From Candidatus Saccharimonadota bacterium (lineage in GTDB: Bacteria; Patescibacteriota; Microgenomatia; UBA1406; GWC2-37-13): a stretch of 32,000 nucleotides of DNA. Positions 24,620 through 32,000 of this stretch are shown one piece after another; the stretch's first letter is position 1, and every line of letters starts with the position of its first letter. The position numbers and the translations under genes are program-made. The notes beneath the pieces were generated by a model. It had not been told where the DNA came from, ran no database searches, and saw only the letters and a list, made by a program, of their open reading frames with translations. Location: NCBI GenBank assembly GCA_016700135.1, contig CP065004.1, positions 930,001-962,000 of the forward strand, written 5' to 3'.

Positions 24620-26692
24620 TCAATACCTGAAAAGATACTGATATATGTATTGGATAAGGTACTGATAGTATTGTTTGATTATTTTGTTTGGATTTTTATT
24701 TTTTTTCTTTTCTTTTTTCTGCTTTTTTTCTTTGTTCTTATTCGGTTGATCGGTCACAATGGGATATGGACTTTTGGTTGGCGCTGATGTGATTGTCGGT
24801 AGCGGCGTCATTGTAGGTGTTGCTCTCGGTGTGGGTGTCGGCGTTGGCGGAGGATTTTGTATTGTTATTGATGATTTCTTTATATGTTCTTCATTACCGT
24901 CGAGGTCAACCGAGAAGTACTCGAACTCATACATGCCTTCGTCCTCCAACATAAACGGCTCTGTATATACCTGCATTTCCTCTCCGTTGATTCGGTAGTA
25001 GGTATTCTCTACTCCCAGTGATTCTGCCGGCCCGTCAATTACGGAAAAACTGATAACGGCGCCGGGTAAATAGGACTCATTGAGTATTGTCCCGTCTATC
25101 TGAATGGTTGTTATCGGAGAAACGGAATCTATCCTTTCGCCCATCACTACAAAGTCAGTCAGATGATTTACTTCCGTTCTTACAGTATTTGTTGTGCCAT
25201 CAAAATATGAACTTTCTTTCTGCCAGGTGGTGCCGTCGTCACTGGAATAGACTGAAACTGTATCTTTCTTGTATCTTGAAAGATCTTCGGAAACGACGGG
25301 AATGGTAATTGTGAGATATTTATCAAATGTTTTTATAATATTTCCGAATCCGTCCTCAAGTTCGATCCGTAATCTGTTTGAAAGATTATGAAGAGTACCA
25401 TTCACGATATCATCAACCGTAACGGCAGGAGCCGGAGGAAGCTCCCGAAAGCGGACGATCATATCATGGCTCACAATCTGCATCGGAAACTCGACGGTAC
25501 TATCCCCCACAATATATTTTTTGCCGTCAGCAGTGAGAGTATACGTCCCGCCTGCCAGCTTCTCAGTCCACAGATAATGACTTTTGTTCCCGGTCCGTGA
25601 AAGCCCGTTGTACTCGAATGAATACCCCTCCCAAGGATCTACTTCACTCCCCTGCCATCCGAAGGGATCGAGCAGACCGTCAGGGATGTTGTCATCAAAA
25701 TTGCCGTCATTATTTTTGTCCTGAACGACCATAAAATGGATATGCGGACCGGTTGTTTTCCCCGTCATACCGACGCGTCCGATCATTTGTCCTGCAATTA
25801 CCGTTATTGGAGAACCCGATGTAATGAGATCTTCTGAAGAAAGATGACAGTATCTTGTCTGAAATCCGTTCCCGTGATCAATCATAATCATATTTCCGCA
25901 GTTCCCCCACTGTTTGTATGTCGCAGTCCCGTTTGCTGCGGCAAGAACGGGAGTATTCAAAACTATGTCTGCCTTTCGCGACCAATCGTATCCGTCATGG
26001 CTTGAGTATTCTCTTTGTGATTTTGTTCCGTCAAATTCTGTAATTGTCGCCTCAAATTCTGTAGGCTCTGCCAAACCGCTGCTTAATAACGGATATTGGT
26101 GGTCAAAAAAGGAAGAAATTGAAAAAGCAGATTGTTGAAAAGCCGTTCCCGTACTTTCATAATCCCACGGCAATCGTAGAAAAGGAGCAACCTGTTCTGA
26201 TTCGTCATCAAAATGAGCAATATACAAAGGACTGATATTAAAATATATTTTTGATACGTTATTTTCTTTTATCCAGTTAGCACACAGTTTTCTGTTGTAC
26301 CGAATAAAAACCTGAGAATCAGCATATCCCAAGTGGGGATATTTCGGTCCCATGAGATGAGTAATATCAAGCGGCGGCATCGGCTTTTCTTCACAACCGC
26401 CTTCGTAAATAAACCGCTTCGAGGTGTCACTGCCGTACACTTCCAGTTGTACTCCGACATCTGCCGAACCCGTACCGTCAGGATTCATAGAAAGAAGTAC
26501 TTTTCCCGACTTCCACGGGACAGGGATTGTCGTATGATACAGAATAGTCGGGAGATACGGATCGCCGACAAACTCCCGGGCGTCAGTCACTTTATACGAT
26601 TTTACTTCAGCTGCATGTGCCTGCGGAGAGAAAAAAAGAATAAATATAATGGTTAATAAATGTATGTGTAATTGTATAACATTATTTTTCAT
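24620..26692 (-). CDS. Secreted multidomain M23 (LytM-type) metallopeptidase with a C-terminal Ig-like surface module, Pro/Thr linker and Lys-rich/Tyr-rich tail
   Basis: Signal peptide (IIFILFFSPQAHA/AE). M23 zinc motifs HDGYD (HxxxD) and GPHIHF (HxH), with MIDHGNGFQTRYCHLS between them. The module ...YYRINGEEMQVYTEPFMLEDEGMYEFEYFSVDLDGNEE is followed by PPPTPTPTPRATPTMTPLPT. Confidence 0.85.
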   Translation of the reverse strand: MKNNVIQLHIHLLTIIFILFFSPQAHAAEVKSYKVTDAREFVGDPYLPTILYHTTIPVPWKSGKVLLSMNPDGTGSADVGVQLEVYGSDTSKRFIYEGGCEEKPMPPLDITHLMGPKYPHLGYADSQVFIRYNRKLCANWIKENNVSKIYFNISPLYIAHFDDESEQVAPFLRLPWDYESTGTAFQQSAFSISSFFDHQYPLLSSGLAEPTEFEATITEFDGTKSQREYSSHDGYDWSRKADIVLNTPVLAAANGTATYKQWGNCGNMIMIDHGNGFQTRYCHLSSEDLITSGSPITVIAGQMIGRVGMTGKTTGPHIHFMVVQDKNNDGNFDDNIPDGLLDPFGWQGSEVDPWEGYSFEYNGLSRTGNKSHYLWTEKLAGGTYTLTADGKKYIVGDSTVEFPMQIVSHDMIVRFRELPPAPAVTVDDIVNGTLHNLSNRLRIELEDGFGNIIKTFDKYLTITIPVVSEDLSRYKKDTVSVYSSDDGTTWQKESSYFDGTTNTVRTEVNHLTDFVVMGERIDSVSPITTIQIDGTILNESYLPGAVISFSVIDGPAESLGVENTYYRINGEEMQVYTEPFMLEDEGMYEFEYFSVDLDGNEEHIKKSSITIQNPPPTPTPTPRATPTMTPLPTITSAPTKSPYPIVTDQPNKNKEKKQKKEKKKNKNPNKIIKQYYQYLIQYIYQYLFRY
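24767..24856 (-). repeat. Low-complexity Pro/Thr linker coding segment inside the M23 gene
   Basis: GT/GC-rich periodic DNA on the + strand (ggtgtgggtgtcggcgttggcgg). It translates on the - strand to NPPPTPTPTPRATPTMTPLPTITSAPTKSP. Confidence 0.8.
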
Positions 26693-26860
26693 ATCATTAG
26701 ATTAGATAAATATTTTTGTGAATGCAAGGGATGTCTGCAGATGTTTACTTATTTGTTATGTAATTATACAATCTTAAAGTGGAGAAAGTATACGGCACGT
26801 TTTAAAGGATTACTCGTGATTGATTCAATTCAACGGCCTATTCAATGAAGTACGTATCAC

Positions 26861-27739
26861 TCAATTGTTGATTTTTGAGTAATAATAGTATACGAAAGCG
26901 ATATACACTCCCAGTGTCATGACGGCAAGTATTAGCATGAACAAAGGTCCGGATGATTCCGGTCGGTCATCATTTACACTGGTCCATGTCCCTAAAACCG
27001 CTGGAGGTTCTTCATAATCCGCAGTGTTTACAGACTCATTTACGATAGGAGCTGTAGGAGTAGGTGAAAATATTACGCGGGTTGAGGATATTGTCTCAGG
27101 TGCTGTCTGCCTGCTTGCTGTGAATGTTAGTACTTTTGCAGCAGTCGGGGTTGGTGTTTTGGTCGGGCTTCGGTAGTACGGGAATGATGCCGGGTAAGCC
27201 TGACCGGAAGACGCTGCTGATTGAGTCGGAATTACAGACGGTGATACTCCCTGTACTACCGTAGGTGTAGTAATAGGTGTCGGTGTGGATGTTGCAAATG
27301 CTCCCTGCGTCGGTGCCGGTATTTGAGTGGGAGTGGGAGTCGGCGCATTAAAATTGATTTCGAATTGCACTGTCTTGACTGGTTCCGGATTGCGGGCACG
27401 ATCTTCTGAGAAATAGGAAATGATATGAATTCCTTCCCTTTCTATCACAAAAGGCTCAGTGTAAGCAGACCATTCTCCGGAATTAATTCTGTACGCTGTA
27501 TATGCGACGCCGTGATTTTGACCGGACGGATTGTCTGTTGCTGAGATACTAACTTCGACTGGTGATTTGTAATACAGTCCGTCCCAGTTCCCAATTAATG
27601 TCGCGCTGCTTGTCGGCGGCTCAGTGTCCTCTGCTGCATACAGTTTCACCTGAGCTGCTGAAGTTATTGTGAAGAAGGCGATCAGTAACACACATACCCA
27701 ATGTTGTAATGAGGGGCGCTTTTCCATAATTCTATCCAT
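26861..27739 (-). CDS. Secreted, C-terminally membrane-anchored surface protein: Ig-like module (paralogous to the M23 C-terminal module) plus a ~100-aa Pro/Thr/Ser-rich stalk
   Basis: Signal peptide (VCVLLIAFFTITSAAQV). Module ...AYTAYRINSGEWSAYTEPFVIEREGIHIISYFSEDRARNPE. Stalk APTPTPTQIPAPTQ...STPTPITTPT...SPTKTPTPTA...SPTPTAP. C-terminal GPLFMLILAVMTLGVYIAFVYYYYSKINN. Confidence 0.75.
   Translation of the reverse strand: MDRIMEKRPSLQHWVCVLLIAFFTITSAAQVKLYAAEDTEPPTSSATLIGNWDGLYYKSPVEVSISATDNPSGQNHGVAYTAYRINSGEWSAYTEPFVIEREGIHIISYFSEDRARNPEPVKTVQFEINFNAPTPTPTQIPAPTQGAFATSTPTPITTPTVVQGVSPSVIPTQSAASSGQAYPASFPYYRSPTKTPTPTAAKVLTFTASRQTAPETISSTRVIFSPTPTAPIVNESVNTADYEEPPAVLGTWTSVNDDRPESSGPLFMLILAVMTLGVYIAFVYYYYSKINN
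27047..27349 (-). repeat. Low-complexity Pro/Thr/Ser-rich stalk coding segment
   Basis: Residues ~131-231 of the 292-aa protein are dominated by P, T, S, A and Q, with repeated (T/S)PTPT units. Confidence 0.75.
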
Positions 27740-27782
27740 AGTATGCTTTCAGATTAACCTTTTTATTCACTTCCTGCAAGAG

Positions 27783-29060
27783 TTATTGTTTTTTAAAGAG
27801 ATGAAATAGGTATTCCATACGGTTTTTGAAGAATACCAAAAGAAATACAGTTATTGTGGCAAAAGTAAACACCGTATCAACATACATTACCTCAACAAGC
27901 TGATCAGCATAGAAAATCAAAGCGCCGAGATATACCGGAAACAGAATTGCCGGAACGAGCGATACAATACTTTTTTTTGCCAGAAAATAATTCATCATAA
28001 ACATCATCATCACGTACCCGATACCGAACAGACTCGCCCATTCAATATACGGGTACAGACTTAAGAACTTTTCTCCGAATAGTGACTCAATCATCAGCCG
28101 TCCGAACATGCCGTAAAAAAGATTGGCGGCAATTCCGCCGACAATAAAAAGAAGAAACATCCCGATGAACACTGCATGATGATACTTTTCATTCTTTTTG
28201 CTGGAGAAGAAAATATAACTGAGTGTCAGCAAAGGACCGATCGCATATAAAACCATTTTTGCAAACAATGCCCATGCTCCGAAGATCCCGGCTTCCTCTG
28301 CCGGGAACATCTTTTTCACGTAAATAATATCGATATTGTTCAAAAGCGTAAGAATTCCAGTCGCCCCTGTGGTATACCACAATTGTTTGTCTTTGAAAAT
28401 ATCCCGAATCCTTTTCAGCTTATCAGGTACATCGGCAACCTTTCCCCGGATATGCCTTTCGAATATCACGACTCCGAGTATAAATGATATCACTGTTGAA
28501 AGCACAATAAGTAAAACGACACTCTTCAAACCTCCGATACCGGCAATAGCAAACAGCGCTCCTCCCAGCTTGATAATTGCCCCCAGAATACTGAGAACGG
28601 AAAACCAGGCAAATAGGTGCAGTCCCTGAATCGCTCCGTTGTAAAAAGCCCCTAGAAATGCAAGCAATAAAAGAAGCGGCAGTGCATATCCCGCAATGGG
28701 TGTCAGATTCGTCAGACCCGGGACAAAAGGCGTCACGGCAAGCATAAGTACGAGCAAAAACCACCATCTTCTGAGTTTTAGTTTCAGCCATTTCTGCAAT
28801 GCAATCGTATAGCTTTCAGGATCTTCGGCTGCACCGATTTTCTGAATTAGAAGCATACTGATGACACCAATCGGAATATTCAGAATCACGATATATGAAA
28901 ACATGGCAGCAATCTCGCCGTAACCCACCGGCCCCAGCGCCCGCCCTGCCAGAAAATTAAAGAAGTAATTAATGAGTCCGACCAGCAGATTCGATACCGT
29001 AAAAAGAAAACCGCCTTGGACAAATGTATTTGATCGAAGTTTATTGGGAGTCTGTTTCAT
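27783..29060 (-). CDS. Wzx-like oligosaccharide/polysaccharide flippase (MOP superfamily, Polysacc_synt type)
   Basis: 425 aa with ~12 TM helices. The N-terminus NTFVQGGFLFTVSNLLVGLINYFFNFLAGRALGPVGYGEIAA is typical of Wzx/polysaccharide-biosynthesis-protein families. Confidence 0.65.
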   Translation of the reverse strand: MKQTPNKLRSNTFVQGGFLFTVSNLLVGLINYFFNFLAGRALGPVGYGEIAAMFSYIVILNIPIGVISMLLIQKIGAAEDPESYTIALQKWLKLKLRRWWFLLVLMLAVTPFVPGLTNLTPIAGYALPLLLLLAFLGAFYNGAIQGLHLFAWFSVLSILGAIIKLGGALFAIAGIGGLKSVVLLIVLSTVISFILGVVIFERHIRGKVADVPDKLKRIRDIFKDKQLWYTTGATGILTLLNNIDIIYVKKMFPAEEAGIFGAWALFAKMVLYAIGPLLTLSYIFFSSKKNEKYHHAVFIGMFLLFIVGGIAANLFYGMFGRLMIESLFGEKFLSLYPYIEWASLFGIGYVMMMFMMNYFLAKKSIVSLVPAILFPVYLGALIFYADQLVEVMYVDTVFTFATITVFLLVFFKNRMEYLFHLFKKQ

Positions 29061-29062
29061 GT

Positions 29063-29109
29063 TTGTCCTTTTTTAAATAATCAGTATAGTAGAATGAGTA
29101 CATTATAAT
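29063..29109 (+). promoter_or_regulatory. Candidate promoter region for the C-methyltransferase operon (divergent from the flippase gene)
   Basis: TTGTCC (29063..29068), 16 nt, then TATAGT (29085..29090). A second perfect TATAAT sits at 29104..29109, only 9-12 nt before the GTG/ATG start. There is no Shine-Dalgarno. Sequence-pattern call only. Confidence 0.25.
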
Positions 29110-29121
29110 TCATCACTTGTG

Positions 29122-30375
29122 ATGACCGATCAGAAAAAGACGCATGTTTCGATAGACAAATGCAGAATTTGCGGTAACGGAGATCTTCAAACCGTTCTTG
29201 ATTTGGGAATCATGTCCGTCACCGGAATTTTTCCGAGAACTTCAGAAGATGATGTCCCTGTCGGTCCTCTAACCCTTGTCCGATGTACCGGGAAAAATTC
29301 CTGCGGATTAGTACAACTCAAAGATACATTCGAGCCCGGGATTCTGTACGGTGAAAACTACGGGTACAGCTCGGCTCTCAACAAATCGATGGTGCGTCAT
29401 CTTGAGGATATTGTGAATTACGGCAAAACATTTGTATCGCTTTCAAAAAAAGATCTCATCATTGATATCGGCAGTAATGACGGGACGCTTCTCTCTTTTT
29501 TTCCGAAAAGTACGTATACACTCCTCGGGGTTGATCCGACGGCAAATAAATTTATTGATTCATATCGCGATGATATTCATGTCCTTTCCGATTTTTTTTC
29601 AAAAGAAAAGGTAGAATCGGTTTTCCCGGGACACAAAGCAAAGATCATCACGAGTATTGCGATGTTTTATGATCTTGATGAGCCTGTGAAGTTCGCTCTG
29701 GATGTTGTTTCTCTCCTTGATGACCGGGGAATCTGGGTCCTTGAGCAGAGCTACTGCAATACGATGATCAAAAACTCATCCTATGACACGATCTGTCATG
29801 AACATCTGGAGTACTATAATCTGAAGCAAATCAAATGGATCATGGATAAAATCGGTATGAAAATTGTCTCCATCCGTTTTAATACCGTAAACGGCGGCAG
29901 CTTTCAGATCATTGCGGCAAAGAAATCGCATCCGGCTCCGGAAATTTCGGAGGAAATCGAGAGAATTCTACAGGAGGAAAGAACGGTTGAAAAAGATACG
30001 CAAACATTTGAAAGGTTCCGGAAAAATATTGAAAATCATAAGAAGGCATTAATTGAGTTGTTAACGACAACCTTGAAAGGGAAATCAGTATATGGGTACG
30101 GAGCATCAACAAAAGGAAATGTCATTCTTCAGTATGTCGGATTGACAGGAAAGGACATTCCCTTCATCATGGAAATCAATCCTGATAAATTCGGACGGGT
30201 CACACCGGGCACCCATATTCCGATCATATCCGATGAAGAAGTAAGAAGAAAACCGCCTGAGTATTTCCTGGTCCTCCCCTGGCATTTCCGGGACACCATT
30301 TTACGGAAAGAAACGTTTTACCGGAAACACGGAACACAATTTATTTTTCCGCTTCCGGAAATTGACATCGTATGA
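29122..30375 (+). CDS. NDP-hexose C-methyltransferase family protein (TylCIII/EvaC-like: Zn-binding N-domain, SAM Rossmann domain, C-methyltransferase C-domain)
   Basis: CRICGNGDLQTVLDLG...LTLVRCTGKNSCGLVQL zinc-binding domain, LYGENYGYSSALNKSMVRHL, IIDIGSNDGTLL, and the C-terminal VYGYGASTKGNVILQYVGLTGKDIPFIMEINPDKFGRVTPGTHIPIIS...FLVLPWHF. Start is either the ATG at 29122 or the GTG at 29119. Confidence 0.8.
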   Translation: MTDQKKTHVSIDKCRICGNGDLQTVLDLGIMSVTGIFPRTSEDDVPVGPLTLVRCTGKNSCGLVQLKDTFEPGILYGENYGYSSALNKSMVRHLEDIVNYGKTFVSLSKKDLIIDIGSNDGTLLSFFPKSTYTLLGVDPTANKFIDSYRDDIHVLSDFFSKEKVESVFPGHKAKIITSIAMFYDLDEPVKFALDVVSLLDDRGIWVLEQSYCNTMIKNSSYDTICHEHLEYYNLKQIKWIMDKIGMKIVSIRFNTVNGGSFQIIAAKKSHPAPEISEEIERILQEERTVEKDTQTFERFRKNIENHKKALIELLTTTLKGKSVYGYGASTKGNVILQYVGLTGKDIPFIMEINPDKFGRVTPGTHIPIISDEEVRRKPPEYFLVLPWHFRDTILRKETFYRKHGTQFIFPLPEIDIV

Positions 30376-31040
30376 ATATTCCCACACTGCGCGCTGCTTT
30401 ACGTGAACTTATCGTTCCCCGGTTGTATCCTCTTTTTGTCAGAAACGGCTCCGATACGTTTGAGTTTCAGGGAAAAACATATCCGTATCTCAGACATCCG
30501 CACAATCGGACCTGGGTCAACGAGAGGATCATTGAAGTACCGTTGGGGCTTGATATGCTTGAGCAGTATAAGGGAAAACGGATTCTTGAAGTCGGTAATG
30601 TGCTGTCAAATTACACGAAAAGAAATCATGAAGTTCTCGATAAATATGAAGTTGCACCCGGTGTCATGAACGAAGACATTGTTACATTTAATCCCGGTAA
30701 AAAATATGATCTGATTCTGTGTATCTCAACTCTGGAGCATGTCGGCTGGGATGAGACACCGCGCGAACCCGATAAAGTTATTGATGCCGTCAGAAATATG
30801 AAAAAACTGCTGGCACCGAAGGGATTATTACTCATTACAACTCCTTTCGGATACAACCCGTACCTTGATGTGCTGCTTCTTGAAGAAAAGCTTCCGGTTG
30901 ATAAAACCTATTTTCTCGAAAGGAACAATTTTTGGAATGATTGGCATGAAATAAAAATGTCTGAACTATCAAAAACACATTATTCCTGGTCCATCATGCA
31001 TGCAAACACGGTTGGGGTAAGTTATTGCACATCTTCATGA
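30372..31040 (+). CDS. Class I methyltransferase-fold protein with a degenerate SAM motif I (function unknown)
   Basis: KRILEVGNVLSNY (weak motif I), YDLILCISTLEHVG, and LLAPKGLLLITTPFG fit the MTase fold order. ATGA overlap with the preceding gene. Confidence 0.4.
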   Translation: MNIPTLRAALRELIVPRLYPLFVRNGSDTFEFQGKTYPYLRHPHNRTWVNERIIEVPLGLDMLEQYKGKRILEVGNVLSNYTKRNHEVLDKYEVAPGVMNEDIVTFNPGKKYDLILCISTLEHVGWDETPREPDKVIDAVRNMKKLLAPKGLLLITTPFGYNPYLDVLLLEEKLPVDKTYFLERNNFWNDWHEIKMSELSKTHYSWSIMHANTVGVSYCTSS

Positions 31041-31963
31041 AACAGATTTCGATCTGTATTCCTACCTATAAACGTCGGGCATTTTTAGAACAGGCACTGT
31101 CCCCCATGCTTGATGAGGTTACAAAATACAAACTCGAATCATCTTTTGAAATCGTCATTTTCAATGACAACGGTCATGATGAAACGGATACCTTTATCCG
31201 TACGTTGCTTCACAAGTACCCTTTTATCACCTATGTTATGCAGAAAAAGCGAAGAGGACTTCGGAAAGCGATCGAATACCTTCCCGAAGTAGCATGCGGG
31301 AAATATATCTGGTTTTTTTCGGATGATGATGTCCCTGTCAAAGGAAGTCTGAAGTACGTGCTGGAGTTAATTCAACAAAAGAAACCGGGCATCATTTTCG
31401 GGAATGTCGATGATTTTAACGGAGAGAAAATCACCAGCCCGAATATGCTGCGGATGGATAAGGATATGGAACTTTCAACCAGAAAAGATTTTTTCCGGTT
31501 CCTCAGTACCAAATTCGGGAGGATTACGTACTTTACGTCATATATCTCAAACTTTATTATCAGGCGGGAACTCTATGAAAAATATTCTGATATTAACGCA
31601 AAATACGATTCCGAATTTAATATGACTCCCCTAGTTATCCCTTTTTTGTATTCGAAAATGGAATGTCCGATTATCATCACTAAAAAACCTATCGTGCTTC
31701 GCCGGACCGGTAATGAAAGCTGGGCTGATCCCGATCCTATCGCTCAAACCCTCAGGTCATATAAAATAAGCGGTTTTCATTTCGGGAATATCCAGAGGCT
31801 TAACTTTTGGGATATTCCGTTTGTACTGCATTTGTATTTCATCGCGCATACGGTGGAAAGGACACTGATTTCGATGGTCATACAAATCCCTTTCGGTCTG
31901 CAGCTAATCAGATTGTATTGGTCTCTTGAGAAGAAGATCTATTCCGTGGTTTTCTCAAAATGA
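31025..31963 (+). CDS. Glycosyltransferase family 2
   Basis: ISICIPTYKRRAFLEQALSPMLDEV...EIVIFNDNGHDETDTF GT-A N-terminus and an FFSDDDV DxD motif. Overlaps the preceding gene by 16 nt. Confidence 0.7.
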   Translation: MHIFMKQISICIPTYKRRAFLEQALSPMLDEVTKYKLESSFEIVIFNDNGHDETDTFIRTLLHKYPFITYVMQKKRRGLRKAIEYLPEVACGKYIWFFSDDDVPVKGSLKYVLELIQQKKPGIIFGNVDDFNGEKITSPNMLRMDKDMELSTRKDFFRFLSTKFGRITYFTSYISNFIIRRELYEKYSDINAKYDSEFNMTPLVIPFLYSKMECPIIITKKPIVLRRTGNESWADPDPIAQTLRSYKISGFHFGNIQRLNFWDIPFVLHLYFIAHTVERTLISMVIQIPFGLQLIRLYWSLEKKIYSVVFSK

Positions 31964-32000
31964 ATGGATGCTGAAAGACACTATTATTTTAATTCTTCTG

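Noticed and set aside
26693-26860. The 168-nt intergenic region upstream of the M23 gene, examined for a small RNA, tRNA, terminator hairpin or strong promoter
   Set aside because: It contains only a TATAAT on the minus strand (26763..26768) without a convincing -35. There are short direct repeats of attcaa and 4-5-bp palindromes, but no stable stem-loop with a U-tract and no tRNA-like motifs.
24767-27349. Periodic GT/GC-rich DNA (ggtgtgggtgtcggcgttggcgg; gggagtgggagtcggcgc) that superficially looks like a tandem-repeat or CRISPR-like array
   Set aside because: It has no repeat-spacer architecture. Both stretches are in-frame Pro/Thr linker coding sequence on the minus strand.
1-32000. Alternative genetic code (UGA recoding, as in some candidate-phyla bacteria), mobile element boundaries, toxin-antitoxin or defence genes
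   Set aside because: Family-length proteins terminate at TGA as well as TAA/TAG (for example 11908..11910 and 18302..18304). I see no integrase, transposase or recombinase, no inverted terminal repeats, and no nuclease, ATPase or RT-type defence signatures. The window reads as a pure glycan/envelope locus.
31964-32000. Possible start of a further + strand gene (ATG at 31964, MDAERHYYFNSS...), immediately after the GT2 stop
   Set aside because: Only 12 codons are visible, which is too short to support a call.

Overview
AT-rich bacterial window that is almost entirely one ~31-kb cell-surface glycan biosynthesis island. I call 29 protein-coding genes, one of them frameshifted. I found no rRNA, tRNA, CRISPR array, transposase or integrase. 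All ORFs close normally with TAA/TAG/TGA, so the standard code applies.

Layout:
- Left edge (- strand): murJ (partial), a GT39/PMT-like GT-C glycosyltransferase and a polytopic membrane protein.
- 3506..5246 (+): rfbF-rfbG, the start of the CDP-hexose pathway.
- 5243..6406 (-): an orphan NeuB-like PEP-condensing enzyme.
- 6528..15668 (+): a tightly packed operon of Zn-ribbon methyltransferase, 3-dehydroquinate-synthase-like sugar-phosphate cyclase, FGGY kinase, YerE/acetolactate-synthase-like ThDP enzyme, two SDR reductases, RfbH (E1 3-dehydrase) and a membrane-anchored protein.
- 29060 down to 15645 (-): a long operon of Wzx-like flippase, two secreted proteins with Pro/Thr linkers (one an M23 peptidase), a small anchored protein, two GT2, fcl, a GT11 and a GT10 fucosyltransferase, a frameshifted ColD-like 3-dehydratase, a ~720-aa GT-C-like membrane protein and a hexapeptide acetyltransferase.
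- 29122..31963 (+): a TylCIII-type C-methyltransferase, an MTase-fold protein and a GT2.

The most unusual content is a carbocycle-forming enzyme (DHQS superfamily) with a dedicated kinase, a methyltransferase and a divergent NeuB-like enzyme, all embedded in a dideoxyhexose/fucose glycan locus. This suggests a cyclitol- or carbasugar-type building block for a surface glycan.

All functional calls come from reading motifs in the supplied translations and from my recollection of the families. No database search was possible.
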